This document shows, piece by piece, positions 16,585-26,925 of a stretch of DNA of 64,000 nucleotides (position 1 is its first letter; every line of letters starts with the position of its first letter). The notes below the pieces were generated by a model that did not search any database, was not told the origin of the DNA, and saw only the letters and a list, made by a program, of their open reading frames with translations. Location: assembly GCA_021815445.1 (NCBI GenBank), contig JAKAGM010000001.1:531710-595709 (forward strand), in the 5' to 3' direction. This DNA comes from a bacterium. Its GTDB lineage: Bacteria; Patescibacteriota; Patescibacteriia; UBA10025. The position numbers and the translations under genes were made by a program.

Positions 16585-17721
16585 TTATATTTTCCCCCTC
16601 CTAATCCCCTCCCGTATCTTCGCCACGAACGCATTGAAGAAAGACAGGTTATGGAACGTCAATAAACGCAGGGGTGTCATTTCTTTTGCCCGCAGTAAAT
16701 GGGTAATGTAACCTCGTGAATATGTTTGGCACACTTCGCACGCGCAACGAGGGTCAAGCGGTTTCCTGTCGCTTAAAAAAATATTTTTGCGCATATCCAG
16801 CTGTCCCGCCGACGTGAAGGCAACACCGTGCCGTGCAAAGTGCGTAGGGACGATGCAATCGAACGTGTCCACGCCCGCTTGAATGATGTTTGGGATATCC
16901 TCGAGGTAGCCGATGCCAAGTAAATGCCGCGGTTTGTTTTCCGGCAATGCCGCCGTCACCCAGCGAATCATCCGTACCATCGTCGCTTTGTCACTGCCGA
17001 ACTCTCCGCCGATCCCGTACCCGGGGAAAGGAAGCGAACCGATATACCGTGCGCTTTGCTCACGCAGGTCTCTGTATCGCCCGCCCTGGACTATGCCGAA
17101 TAGCGCCTGCGCACCCTTGTGAACCCGCAGACACTCTTCCGCCCAGCGGTGGGTGAGCTTCACCGATTTCTTCACATAGGCCTTGCTCGCCACCGGCGGA
17201 GGACATTCATCGAAGGCGAATATGATATCGGCGCCCAGGGCCTCTTGGATGCGCATGGATTCTTTCGGGCCTATGAAAAGCTTTTTGCCGTCGACGACGG
17301 ATCGGAAATGCACTCCTTCCTCGGTAATCTTCAGAAACTTCGGCTGGGCGGCGACATGGACCGACTCGGTATGCCCTTCTTTCAGCTGCTTTCCGATGTT
17401 GAAATCGAACCCAAACCCGAGACTGAACACTTGAAAACCGCCGGAATCGGTCATTATGGGCCTATCCCAGTGCATAAACCGGTTCAACCCGCCGTGCCGC
17501 TTCACAACCTTTTCGCCCGGCTTCAAGTGCAAGTGATAGGTGTTTGCGATCACGACCTGGCTTCCGGTCCTTTGTACCTCCTCACCTGTCAGCGTCTTGA
17601 CGACTGCCTGCGTGGCAACGGGAACAAGGGCGGGGGTCTCAATGACTCCGTGCGGCGTATGCAACAATCCCGCGCGCGCTCGGCTTTTTTGAGACTTCTT
17701 TTGAACGGTAAATTTAAACAT
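16585..17721 (-). CDS. tgt: Queuine tRNA-ribosyltransferase
   Basis: TGT signatures incl. zinc site CxCxxC...H and GIGY/DxFDC motifs. Confidence 0.9.
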   Translation of the reverse strand: MFKFTVQKKSQKSRARAGLLHTPHGVIETPALVPVATQAVVKTLTGEEVQRTGSQVVIANTYHLHLKPGEKVVKRHGGLNRFMHWDRPIMTDSGGFQVFSLGFGFDFNIGKQLKEGHTESVHVAAQPKFLKITEEGVHFRSVVDGKKLFIGPKESMRIQEALGADIIFAFDECPPPVASKAYVKKSVKLTHRWAEECLRVHKGAQALFGIVQGGRYRDLREQSARYIGSLPFPGYGIGGEFGSDKATMVRMIRWVTAALPENKPRHLLGIGYLEDIPNIIQAGVDTFDCIVPTHFARHGVAFTSAGQLDMRKNIFLSDRKPLDPRCACEVCQTYSRGYITHLLRAKEMTPLRLLTFHNLSFFNAFVAKIREGIRRGKI

Positions 17722-17795
17722 GTGTGTAGTATATCATATGCCCCAATTTCCATATATGCAATTTTGTTTTAAAAAGTTGTTTGACTCTGATGCAT

Positions 17796-17831
17796 AAAAA
17801 AAGGGGGCGGAAAACACAAGGCTCCGCCCTC
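17796..17831 (-). terminator. Rho-independent terminator on minus strand (GAGGGCGG...CCGCCCCC plus T7)
   Basis: Stem-loop followed by TTTTTTT when read on minus strand; directly after stop of ORF 17856-18254. Confidence 0.55.
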
Positions 17832-17855
17832 AAAACCTATGGACCGAAATGTGCA

Positions 17856-18254
17856 TCAACTGCAACTGCAACGGTCCGTGCCAGATTCGCTCCCGGGCAT
17901 ACCCGTTTGCTGACCACCAGCGGCGTTTGCGGTTGTAATGGCTGGCGAGACCGATTCCTCGACTACCGGAGTTCCAGACGCTTCAGATTGATCGGACACA
18001 ACGGCAGTATCGACAGTCCAAGCTGCTGGTGGCTCGAGATCACACCTCAGGACTATGAGAAAGGTGTCGCGGTCCTTGACCGGGTAATGGTCGGGATCTT
18101 CAACAACTGCCCCGTTAACCACATTGATAATGACACAACCGCTGAGGGCGAGTTTTACGCCTTCCGCAACCTCGGCAAAAGATACATCCACCTCTCCTTC
18201 CGCGAGAGCGACATTGAGCACCCTCACTCTCGCGTCGATGCTACTGACTTTCAT
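17856..18254 (-). CDS. Hypothetical protein (132 aa)
   Basis: Supported over the overlapping plus-strand ORF by the minus-strand terminator immediately downstream and by same-strand flanking genes. Confidence 0.4.
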   Translation of the reverse strand: MKVSSIDARVRVLNVALAEGEVDVSFAEVAEGVKLALSGCVIINVVNGAVVEDPDHYPVKDRDTFLIVLRCDLEPPAAWTVDTAVVSDQSEASGTPVVEESVSPAITTANAAGGQQTGMPGSESGTDRCSCS

Positions 18255-18390
18255 GCATTCCTCCCATCCGACTATCTATGGTTTTGAGTTTTACCAACAC
18301 TTGTGCTGGTGGTTAACGAACAATATGCGAACACTCTATGCCAAAACAACCGGGGTGTCAATACTCCTAGGTAAACCTGGGTCCAGGTAA

Positions 18391-18867
18391 TTAGGGCTGA
18401 TCGTTGCTTGTGAGGTGGAAATGTAGGTACGTAACCGACTGCAACCCCGGGCCGTTGGTTGTTATCTTGTACTGAACTAGATGATTGTCTTTAATGAGCT
18501 TCGCCATGACGGCAAAAGCGTCTTCAAGATATGGCATGTCTTCTTTGGTAAAGCCTGCGGCATTTTTAATATCTTTTTTGGGAATTATGACATAGTGCAC
18601 GGGCGTCGTGGGTTCAGGATGGGATATAACGATGGTCTTATCTGTTTCATATACAACTCCGGGAATACCTCCTTCAAATTTTTGAATGCCGATCGAGCTC
18701 AATAAACCCAGGAGATCTTTGGATGTCAAACAGTCGCTGCCGCAGTTGGTCAGTGCGATCAACGAGCGCGGTTGGGTATCAGCAAAAAGATAGCCGCCAA
18801 TAAGAATGCCAAGCCCGAGAATAACCAATGCACCGATGACCCACCGTATACGTCGTAATATCGTCAT
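18391..18867 (-). CDS. HIT-family (histidine triad) protein with N-terminal membrane anchor
   Basis: C-terminal HFHLTS histidine triad motif; N-terminal hydrophobic helix. Confidence 0.7.
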   Translation of the reverse strand: MTILRRIRWVIGALVILGLGILIGGYLFADTQPRSLIALTNCGSDCLTSKDLLGLLSSIGIQKFEGGIPGVVYETDKTIVISHPEPTTPVHYVIIPKKDIKNAAGFTKEDMPYLEDAFAVMAKLIKDNHLVQYKITTNGPGLQSVTYLHFHLTSNDQP

Positions 18868-18877
18868 AGCAGAAAAA

Positions 18878-19216
18878 CTATCTCTTGGTGATTGAATTCG
18901 TGAGCCACGAAATGACCCAGAGGATGGCCCCTCCGATTAATGCCGCGGTAAAACTTGATATAGTGAATCCCTTAATGAGCGTTGAAACAAACCAGATGAG
19001 AACCGCGTTAATCACCAGTGTAAACAGGCCAAGCGTTAATATGTTTATCGGAAGGGTGACGAGGATCAGCACCGGCTTGATTATCGCGTTGACAATGCCG
19101 AGTACCAGCGCAACCACGAGCGCAGTATAGAGGGACGATACCCCGAAGCCCGGCACCAGGTACGCCACCAGGAGCAAAGCAATCGCATTGAGCAACCAAC
19201 GGAGAAGAAGATTCAT
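18878..19216 (-). CDS. Phage holin family 4-like / DUF360 small membrane protein
   Basis: 112 aa, 3-4 TM helices, composition typical of the family. Confidence 0.5.
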   Translation of the reverse strand: MNLLLRWLLNAIALLLVAYLVPGFGVSSLYTALVVALVLGIVNAIIKPVLILVTLPINILTLGLFTLVINAVLIWFVSTLIKGFTISSFTAALIGGAILWVISWLTNSITKR

Positions 19217-19235
19217 ATGATGGACAATGATTTAT

Positions 19236-19511
19236 TTAGCATGAAATGACATTCCGCAACAAAGCATCGCTATAGAGCTGGTTATTAACACCGAGGTAAA
19301 AGAGTTCAGACCCAGGTTTTAATGTCCGCCCGGGAATACACACCTGAAAGTTTCCCGTATCTGTTGCGATGGTTAATTGCTGTTGTGGCCATGTGAGGTT
19401 AACTTCAGCTAGATTTCCTAATGAAATGACCAGTGGCGCCGAGCCGTTGAGAACCTTGCTCTCTGGCTGCAAATCACCAGCTTCCCAGCCGGTGCCCCGT
19501 ATAGCGCCCAT
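19236..19511 (-). CDS. Hypothetical small protein; possibly a frame-disrupted tail of the upstream gene
   Basis: ORF only; 30 nt after stop of 19542-20267, weak RBS. Confidence 0.25.
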   Translation of the reverse strand: MGAIRGTGWEAGDLQPESKVLNGSAPLVISLGNLAEVNLTWPQQQLTIATDTGNFQVCIPGRTLKPGSELFYLGVNNQLYSDALLRNVISC

Positions 19512-19541
19512 AACTCTAGAGTAAGCTTTGGCTGCCGTTTC

Positions 19542-20267
19542 CTACGAACAAGTGTGGGTGGCAGTAGTATCCCACTTAAATTCGTTAGAGAGCACGGGAT
19601 TATCAAAATTGTCGGTTTGCATCAGTCCTCGGGAATTGGCATGAAGGTTCTTTACCTTGCCGAACTCAATCCGGAATATGTCCATGCCGCAGGTGAAATA
19701 GTGCGAGGTGGCGTTGGATTCAGAATAGAATGTGCCAGTGCTGTCTTTGCCCAGGACCGTCCAAAAAGAATTCGGAGCCTTATCTTGGACATTTAACTCT
19801 CGGAGTGTAAAGGTGATTTCCTTGGTTTCTCCGGGATTGATGGTGCCGAAGTCCTGCGCTTGAAGCTTGCGCGGTTCCGGCAAGTCACGGAAATATTGGT
19901 AGCTTTGTGCTTCCAGGGCCCATTCTTTGCCGTCTTTCAATTTTTGCCAGAGCTCAAAACCATAAACGCTGTTGCTAATATCTGCGTAGCTGATTGCCGC
20001 GGAGGAGGTATTTTTCATGCTCATTTTTAACGATGCCTTTTCTCCCATGGCAATCTTTGCCGTTAGACTGGCTACACTTAAAGATGCTGGCTGGCCGCCG
20101 ATCGCGGTAGTATTAGTAGTTGAATTTGTGGTGTTGGTATTAGAGTTTTTTGTTCCCCGGCCAAATAGCCACCAAAGCGCCGCCGCCAGAATGATAATAA
20201 TGATAATTACAATGACGACTAACATGGTTTTTGATTTTTTTTGCGGAGCTGTTTGGTTATTGTCCAT
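19542..20267 (-). CDS. Membrane-anchored secreted hypothetical protein
   Basis: N-terminal TM helix (LVVIVIIIIIILAAALWWLF), Thr/Asn-rich linker, globular C-terminal domain. Confidence 0.5.
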   Translation of the reverse strand: MDNNQTAPQKKSKTMLVVIVIIIIIILAAALWWLFGRGTKNSNTNTTNSTTNTTAIGGQPASLSVASLTAKIAMGEKASLKMSMKNTSSAAISYADISNSVYGFELWQKLKDGKEWALEAQSYQYFRDLPEPRKLQAQDFGTINPGETKEITFTLRELNVQDKAPNSFWTVLGKDSTGTFYSESNATSHYFTCGMDIFRIEFGKVKNLHANSRGLMQTDNFDNPVLSNEFKWDTTATHTCS

Positions 20268-20449
20268 AATTTATTTAATGTTTATTATTTAAAACAAGTT
20301 GCAACTTATAGTATACCTTTTGATTCCCAGAAATACAAATAGCAGGGCGTTATTATCTGACCCAGTATTTATTCAAAATCCGCAAAACCACTGGTTTGCC
20401 GTACCAAGTGCTAAGGAAAAAATCCGAGAAATTTCCGAAAGTTGTGCGT

Positions 20450-20527
20450 TGGTAGTCCCATCGGGATTTGAACCCGAGTTTCTTGGATGAGAACCAAGTG
20501 TCCTAGACCGGGCTAGACGATGGGACC
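20450..20527 (-). tRNA. tRNA-Glu (anticodon CTC)
   Basis: Cloverleaf folded by hand; close to E. coli tRNA-Glu D-arm (TCGTCTAG...GGACAC); TTCAAAT T-loop; CCA encoded. Confidence 0.8.
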
Positions 20528-20735
20528 CCGTTTATTTTTTCACCTATACCACCCGTCTGGTTTTCTGACGGGACCGGCTCCGGTCTCGCAGGAAGAGAGT
20601 GGCGGCATAAATAAAAAACGCCTAGGAATTATATCCTTTAGGCGCTAAAAAATCAAGGTTTGCTTACGTGGAGTTGGACACGCGAAAGCGTGTTACCGTT
20701 TGGATATATAACAGCCTATCGGCTGTCTAACCTGA

Positions 20736-21743
20736 CTATAAACCATGCCCCGCCTTTTCCACTAGCTCAATAAGCCTGTGCGCGTACCCCATTTCGTTGT
20801 CGTACCACGCGATGACTTTTACCAAGTCGCCGTCGACTACTTTGGTCAGCGAGAGATCGACGATGCTTGAATGGGTATTCCCGATAATGTCTGACGACAC
20901 GATCGGGTCTTCAGTCACCTCGAGAACTCCCTTTAGCTCGTTTGTACGTGCGGCATTTTTTAACGCAGTGTTTATCTGCTCGACAGTCACTTTTTTCTTT
21001 ACCAAAAACGTAAAATCGGCCAGTGAGCCGTCAATAGTCGGTACGCGAATCGCCAGCCCGTCGAACAGGCCTTTGAGCTCTGGAATGGTTTCCGCCGTTG
21101 AAATCGCGGCCCCGGTGGTCGTAGGGACGATGTTGTGGGCTGCAGCGCGGGCGCGGCGGAGGTCTTTGTGCGGACCGTCAACCAGGTTCTGGTCAGCAGT
21201 ATACGAATGAATAGTAGTCATCATTGCTTTCTTGATGCCAAACGCCCGTGATATCACTTTCGCGACTGGCGCTATACAGTTGGTCGTACAGGATGCGTTT
21301 GATATCACCCCTTGGTCGCTGAGCGCACCTTCATTCACCCCGAGAACTATCGTCTCTACGCCGCCGCCCTTCGGCGGGGCCGAGATAATGACCCGCTTGG
21401 CCCCGGCGGTGATATGCTGGGCCGCCAGGTCTTTTTTGACAAACCTGCCCGTGGATTCTATGACCACGTCCACCGACATTTTTTTCCACGGGAGCTTGGT
21501 CGGATCCTTCTCGGCGATGACAGGAAACCTCGTGCCGTCGACAACAAGCTCCTGTGCCGTATGGCTGACCTTACGGCCGTACTTTCCGTACACAGAATCA
21601 AAACGCAATAAATACGCCAGAGTCTCCGTGTCGGTCAGGTCGTTGACGGCGACTACCTCGAGGGACGGATGCTCAAGGGCGATCTTGAATGCGGCGCGCC
21701 CTATCCGTCCGAAACCGTTGATGGCTATTCGTATTTTTTTCAT
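20736..21743 (-). CDS. gap: Type I glyceraldehyde-3-phosphate dehydrogenase
   Basis: INGFGRIGR NAD-binding motif, ASCTTNC active site. Confidence 0.9.
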   Translation of the reverse strand: MKKIRIAINGFGRIGRAAFKIALEHPSLEVVAVNDLTDTETLAYLLRFDSVYGKYGRKVSHTAQELVVDGTRFPVIAEKDPTKLPWKKMSVDVVIESTGRFVKKDLAAQHITAGAKRVIISAPPKGGGVETIVLGVNEGALSDQGVISNASCTTNCIAPVAKVISRAFGIKKAMMTTIHSYTADQNLVDGPHKDLRRARAAAHNIVPTTTGAAISTAETIPELKGLFDGLAIRVPTIDGSLADFTFLVKKKVTVEQINTALKNAARTNELKGVLEVTEDPIVSSDIIGNTHSSIVDLSLTKVVDGDLVKVIAWYDNEMGYAHRLIELVEKAGHGL

Positions 21744-21749
21744 ATGAGA

Positions 21750-22616
21750 TTAAACGCGATGAGCGCTTCCAAAGAGTGCAAGCTTTTCTTCTACTACGCG
21801 CTGGAGCGCATCTGTCGGGCCTTTGAGGATGTCACGGACATCATAGTACTCCTGATGCGCGATAAGCGCGTCCCGAAGGCTATTGGTGAACTCGAGCTTC
21901 AATTCAGTGTTTAAATTGACAATCTTGATGCCATAGGTGAAAGTCTCTTTAACCTGATCCGCTTGCAGCCCCGAAGCTCCGTGCAGAACAAGCGGAGTGT
22001 TAGGTATGCTTTGGTTGATCTCTCTGAGCCGCGCAATGTTAAGTTTTGGCAGGCCTTTTTTGAGCTTGACGATTCCATGAACATTGCCGACAGCGACGGC
22101 GAGCGTGTCGACCTCTGTCTCTTCGACGAATTGCTTAGCCTCGGCCGGGTCTGTCATGAACTTTTCGCGGTCGTCTGGGCTCGCCTCTTCAAGTCCTTTG
22201 ACGACGCCGAGCTCGCCCTGCACCCAGACGTCTTTTTTGTGCGCGTACTCGACTGACTGCCGGGTCAGGATGACGTTTTCTTTAAAAGGCACGTCCGAAT
22301 TGTCTATCATGATGGACGAAAAACCCGCCGCAATGCATTCTGCGACAGAGCGGAAACTTCGCCCGTGATCGAGGTGAAGGGCTATGGGGATATTCCCCGC
22401 TTCGTCACGCACCATCGTCTCTATCATGGCGGTCATCGTCTTGAGCCCGCCGTACTTGATTGTCCGTTCGGAAATCTGAACGATCAAGGGCGACTTTTGG
22501 GCTTCAGCCGCGCGGACTACGGCAATCGTCGTCTCGAGATTATCCACGTTGAACGCTCCCAGGATATAGCTATTTTGCTTGGCGTCCGCAAGGAGCTCGG
22601 AAATATGTGTAAGCAT
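21750..22616 (-). CDS. fba: Class II fructose-bisphosphate aldolase
   Basis: Class II FBA motifs (LHLDHG, GxFN); start placed at MLTHISE because the longer ORF overlaps tpiA. Confidence 0.8.
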   Translation of the reverse strand: MLTHISELLADAKQNSYILGAFNVDNLETTIAVVRAAEAQKSPLIVQISERTIKYGGLKTMTAMIETMVRDEAGNIPIALHLDHGRSFRSVAECIAAGFSSIMIDNSDVPFKENVILTRQSVEYAHKKDVWVQGELGVVKGLEEASPDDREKFMTDPAEAKQFVEETEVDTLAVAVGNVHGIVKLKKGLPKLNIARLREINQSIPNTPLVLHGASGLQADQVKETFTYGIKIVNLNTELKLEFTNSLRDALIAHQEYYDVRDILKGPTDALQRVVEEKLALFGSAHRV

Positions 22617-22633
22617 AGAAGTAGTATATGAAT

Positions 22634-23398
22634 TTAGGCAACAGCAAAAATAATGCCGAGAAATTTTTCGAGAACACTGCTGGCGCCGCCCACTATAACG
22701 CCGCAAATAGACTCGTTGTCCACATAGCTGGATACGTTGGACTCATCGACGCTTCCTCCGTACATCATGATAAAGTTCTCGTCCGCAATATGTTGCTGAT
22801 ACAGATCCACAAGCGCGCTGCGGATCACCTCAGTCGTCTCCCGCGCCTCCTTAGGGTCGCATGCTTGGCCGGTACCTATCGCCCAGACGGGTTCATACGC
22901 TATCATGATTTTTGCCTTTTCTGAAGGTACAATCCCGGTGAGCGCCTCCTGAATCTGTTTCATGATAACCACGTCTTTATTGCCCTGCTGACGCTGCTCA
23001 AAGGTTTCCCCGACGCACAGAACCGGCGTTATGCCGGAATCCATGGCATGCCGCACCTTCTTTCGGACAATTTGGTCGGTCTCATGGAGATAAATCCTGC
23101 GCTCCGAATGGCCAATGATTGCATAGCTGCATCCCAGCTCGAGGAGCATCGGACCCGACACTTCTCCCGTGTACGCGCCTCGTGGCTCCCAAAATATATT
23201 TTGAGCCGCGAGCTTTATCGGGCTTCCCTCGATAAGCTTCCCGACGGCGTCGAGATACGGCATTGACGGGGCGACAGCCACGGTAACGCCGGATCCGAGA
23301 TCATGGAGCGAATTTTTTAACCCGACCGCAAGATCGCCGGTTTTTTTCCGGTTGAGATTCATTTTCCAGTTCCCTAATATGAGCGGCGGTGTTGCCAT
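22634..23398 (-). CDS. tpiA: Triosephosphate isomerase
   Basis: GNWKMN, AYEPVWAIGTG motifs. Confidence 0.9.
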   Translation of the reverse strand: MATPPLILGNWKMNLNRKKTGDLAVGLKNSLHDLGSGVTVAVAPSMPYLDAVGKLIEGSPIKLAAQNIFWEPRGAYTGEVSGPMLLELGCSYAIIGHSERRIYLHETDQIVRKKVRHAMDSGITPVLCVGETFEQRQQGNKDVVIMKQIQEALTGIVPSEKAKIMIAYEPVWAIGTGQACDPKEARETTEVIRSALVDLYQQHIADENFIMMYGGSVDESNVSSYVDNESICGVIVGGASSVLEKFLGIIFAVA

Positions 23399-23477
23399 AA
23401 GACGTCGTAGCTATTGAATCTGGATCAAGGGGGCCCGGATGAATGAGTGCCTAAACCCCGCTTGTATTCATCATATA

Positions 23478-24437
23478 CTATTTAGGGACTGATGTAAAAA
23501 TGGGCAGCCAACGTTCTGAAGTAAAAGCCCAATCGACCAGCTTCCGTGCGTCCTGAAACCTGTTTTGGTCCGTGGACGCGCCAAGGAGCACCACAATGAG
23601 TTCGTGCTTGTTTTGGGTAACGTCTGCGGCGTACGTATAGCCAGCCTCATCGAGGTATCCTGTTTTAGCGCCGATAAATGTGAACTCCGGCGATCCGAGC
23701 AGTTTATTCGTTGTCCCGATGCGAATTGAACGGTGTGTATTGACCGTTGAAAGCACGTACGACCGCCGAAGTACGGCGTCCCTTATTCGGGAAAAGGTAA
23801 AAGCACGCGATACGAGCAAAGTAAGGTCTGAAGCAGTCGATACATTGCCCGGGTCGAGCCCGGTGACATCGGTAAATGTCGTGGAACGCATGCCAAGCTC
23901 CGTTGCCGTCGAGTTCATCTGCGCCACGAACTGGTCCGCCGGAATCCCGATGCTTCGCGCTAAGGCTCTGGCCGCATTGTTCATCGAATCCATCAACGAA
24001 GCGGCGAGCAAATCTCCCCGTGTAACCTGTTCTCCTGCGTCGACGTTCAACCAATTCGTAATATGGGGCGTATTGTCTTCCACAATGATTTCGACTGGTT
24101 CGGAGAAATCCGGACGGGCATTCGCAACGACAATGGCTGTCATAAGCTTTGTGAGGCTCGCAATCGGACGGGGGGTATTGCTGTTCTTTTCCCAGAGGAC
24201 GGCGCCGCTTGCTACATCGACGACAACTCCGGCTTCTGCGGTAACTGCGGGTGGAAGCCGGTACGACGGAATAGGCACCGGCGGGAGCGACCTCGAGATG
24301 TTTCGTAAGTAGACGTTCCTCCCGCCGATAATTTGCCTGACAATCGCGTACGAATCATCGGAAGATAACGAAAAAATCTTCTCCTGATGGTCGACGGAGA
24401 GCAGGGCGCCGAGCAGTCCGAGGTAAAAATCCAACAT
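23478..24437 (-). CDS. D-alanyl-D-alanine carboxypeptidase (S11 family, PBP5-like)
   Basis: SLTK (SxxK) and KTG (GAKTGY) motifs, signal peptide. Confidence 0.8.
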   Translation of the reverse strand: MLDFYLGLLGALLSVDHQEKIFSLSSDDSYAIVRQIIGGRNVYLRNISRSLPPVPIPSYRLPPAVTAEAGVVVDVASGAVLWEKNSNTPRPIASLTKLMTAIVVANARPDFSEPVEIIVEDNTPHITNWLNVDAGEQVTRGDLLAASLMDSMNNAARALARSIGIPADQFVAQMNSTATELGMRSTTFTDVTGLDPGNVSTASDLTLLVSRAFTFSRIRDAVLRRSYVLSTVNTHRSIRIGTTNKLLGSPEFTFIGAKTGYLDEAGYTYAADVTQNKHELIVVLLGASTDQNRFQDARKLVDWAFTSERWLPIFTSVPK

Positions 24438-24452
24438 GTGAAAACGGGGAAA

Positions 24453-25049
24453 TTACTTCTGCTGCCCCGCAGGAGGTTCTTGCTGCTGTGTTTCCGCAGG
24501 GCGGGTCGCCATCAACGCAGTGATGTGCTGGTGGTTGCGAAGCCTCTCATAATCCGGGAGCTCTTCGACAGCGTGAATTCCAAGGAACTGGAGGAAATCG
24601 AAGGTTATCTGGTACACCGTCGTCATCTTCTTCCTGTCTTCACGCGATTCGACCAGCCCTTTGATGAGCAGGTTTCGTAAAATCAGGCTGCAATTCACCC
24701 CCCTGATATGTTCAATTTCCGCTTTGGAGATGGGCCCACAGTACGCGATAATGGTGAGTGATTCAAGCGCCGGTTTCGTCAGCTCGCCGGTCAGCTCCGA
24801 TTTAATGAACTGTTTTGTAATATAGGACACCGCCGGGCTGGTCGCCATCTGATATCCGGAACTTGTCTTCATGATATGAATTCCGTACTCCTCGGTATTA
24901 TATTTTTTCATGAGGCTTTCCGCCGCTTCTTCCACTGCTTTGGGCGATTGCTTGGTTATCTCGGCAATTTTTTTTATTGACAAGGGTTTGCCCGCGAGAA
25001 AAAGGAGGCTCTCGGTAAGATTTTCGGCGTTCGGTTCATTCATGGCCAT
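24453..25049 (-). CDS. scpB: Segregation and condensation protein B
   Basis: Tandem winged-helix ScpB pattern. Confidence 0.85.
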   Translation of the reverse strand: MAMNEPNAENLTESLLFLAGKPLSIKKIAEITKQSPKAVEEAAESLMKKYNTEEYGIHIMKTSSGYQMATSPAVSYITKQFIKSELTGELTKPALESLTIIAYCGPISKAEIEHIRGVNCSLILRNLLIKGLVESREDRKKMTTVYQITFDFLQFLGIHAVEELPDYERLRNHQHITALMATRPAETQQQEPPAGQQK

Positions 25050-25067
25050 AGGGATTGATTATAGTGC

Positions 25068-25775
25068 TTAGTTAGCTTGTTGAGAAGACAACCGCTGGAT
25101 TTCAATATCGGAAAAAACGTCTTTTTGCACGACGGCGACCACCCGCTGTTTCACAAGCTCTAATAGCGCGAGAAATGTGACGATAATCTCTGTTTTGTCT
25201 TTTGAAGACTGGATAATCTTTGTAAAATTCATCGTTGCCTGCTTGTAGAGATTCTCCCTGAGATTCGCTATTTTTTCCTCGATGGACACCGACTTGCGGT
25301 ATGACTCTTTGGGCAAAGAGATAATGGGCTCAATGTCCTGCAGAACGCTGATGAAAAGCTCCTTGAGGCGGAGTGTCGTCATCGTTTTTGGCGGGTTGAA
25401 AACCGCCTCAAGCACTACAGCGGGCTTATCGCGCGGGAAGAGGAACCGTTTCTTGAGGGTCATTTTGTGGATAACCTTTGACGCCTCATAGTATTCCCGG
25501 TAAATCTTCAGCTGGGTCTCGAGGTCGGTCTCATCTTCTTCCACTTCGATACTCGGGATCAGGATGCGGGATTTAATGAGCAGCAGCTTCGCGGCGACAA
25601 CGAGAAAGTCTGCAAGCTCCTCCGGATTCTTTTCTTGGACCTGCGATAAATACCCGATGTACTGCTCGGTGACTTCTGAAAGCGATACCTTCGAAATATC
25701 GAGCTCCTTCTGCTCAATAAGTTGCAGAAGGAGTTCAAGAGGCCCTTCAAACTGTTCTACTTTTACCTTGTACAT
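25068..25775 (-). CDS. scpA: Segregation and condensation protein A
   Basis: FEGPLELLLQLIEQKELDI N-terminal signature. Confidence 0.85.
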   Translation of the reverse strand: MYKVKVEQFEGPLELLLQLIEQKELDISKVSLSEVTEQYIGYLSQVQEKNPEELADFLVVAAKLLLIKSRILIPSIEVEEDETDLETQLKIYREYYEASKVIHKMTLKKRFLFPRDKPAVVLEAVFNPPKTMTTLRLKELFISVLQDIEPIISLPKESYRKSVSIEEKIANLRENLYKQATMNFTKIIQSSKDKTEIIVTFLALLELVKQRVVAVVQKDVFSDIEIQRLSSQQAN

Positions 25776-25792
25776 GCTGTAGGGGTATGGGG

Positions 25793-26284
25793 TTATTTAT
25801 TTTTCCTCTTTTTCGGAGCCGGTTTTTCGACAAACTTTCCCGTCTGAGGCTGTTCAAGCTTCAGGTAATCCTTCATTTTCATCCGCACGCTCTCGGTGAA
25901 GCTGCCCGCCTGGAAAATGGCTTTTTGGAGCTTGAGCAGTGAGAGGTCGGCGACAACGGCTATCTTGTGAATGGTGCCGAACGCCGTCAGGGCCCCCGGC
26001 TTCACTTTGAACTTTGTGACCATGTCTTTCTCCTTTGCTATCGATACCTTTTTCGCTTTCAGGAACTTCTTGAGCTTCGCGAGGTCGAGGCGGTAGTGCG
26101 CCGGAACGACGACAATCATGTACTCCTTATCTACTTTCACGAGGAGCGACTTGGCGATATTCTGCATTTTCTCGCCTAAGGTCTGGGCAAGATCATATGC
26201 CGTAAACACCGTCTTGTGGGTGAGCACCTCATGCGGGGTCTTTGCTGACTCGAGATGATTGATGACTTTTTTTGGAAGCGACAT
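25793..26284 (-). CDS. YbaK/ProX-type aminoacyl-tRNA deacylase domain protein
   Basis: YbaK-like core, with basic C-terminal tail. Confidence 0.65.
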   Translation of the reverse strand: MSLPKKVINHLESAKTPHEVLTHKTVFTAYDLAQTLGEKMQNIAKSLLVKVDKEYMIVVVPAHYRLDLAKLKKFLKAKKVSIAKEKDMVTKFKVKPGALTAFGTIHKIAVVADLSLLKLQKAIFQAGSFTESVRMKMKDYLKLEQPQTGKFVEKPAPKKRKNK

Positions 26285-26302
26285 AGGCCTTGTGAATCGT
26301 AA

Positions 26303-26875
26303 CTAAACTGCTGGATGCTGCCTGTCGTGGAATCGCTTTTCCGCGAAGATAATGAGCCAGGTCAGGAGGCCTGCCAGAATGATAAGAACGACATAGAGCC
26401 CGGCTGCTTTGTACTGTTTAATGAGGAAGTACAGCGCCTCGATAACGAGATGGATGACCATCCAGATCGAGAAGATAAAGTAGGGCCAGGCGATAATATA
26501 CTTGGTGCTTTTTTCCTTGCGGAAATTGAGCCAGAAGTAGAGCAAAAATCCGGCGAGAAGGACGGGGATAACGAAGGCGCCGTGGATTGCGAGTCGACGC
26601 GCTTCGTAATCCTGCAGGGTAAATGTTTGAGTTCTGTTCGGGTACTGCAGCACTTTCTCCGGCGTCGAGGAGTAGATATAACTATGGTAGCCGTACTGGT
26701 CGTACGCGGGGTTGAACCAGCGGTTCAGGTCAAAAAGGAAGCGCTCGCCGAGGATAATCAGGACAATGGTAAGGATGACGACAAACAGGATGGATACCCA
26801 TGATACTCTGACTTTAGCCACGGGCTTTGGCGGCAGGGGCAGGGTCGAAGTAGGAGGCATAAATGTTTCGTTCAT
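26303..26875 (-). CDS. Hypothetical membrane protein
   Basis: 190 aa, four predicted TM helices. Confidence 0.5.
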   Translation of the reverse strand: MNETFMPPTSTLPLPPKPVAKVRVSWVSILFVVILTIVLIILGERFLFDLNRWFNPAYDQYGYHSYIYSSTPEKVLQYPNRTQTFTLQDYEARRLAIHGAFVIPVLLAGFLLYFWLNFRKEKSTKYIIAWPYFIFSIWMVIHLVIEALYFLIKQYKAAGLYVVLIILAGLLTWLIIFAEKRFHDRQHPAV

Positions 26876-26925
26876 AGTTTTTCCTTTCTTTCACCGTATT
26901 AAAATTTCGGCGAAAATGTTAATAG

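Noticed and set aside
20299-20490. 63 aa plus-strand ORF
   Set aside because: It overlaps the tRNA-Glu gene on the opposite strand.
22617-22706. N-terminal 30-codon extension of the fba ORF. Similar extensions occur on the ORFs of the M50 protease, rplU, rpmB and the Zn-ribbon protein.
   Set aside because: The extensions overlap upstream genes and lack homology to the families. Internal Met starts align with the family N-termini.
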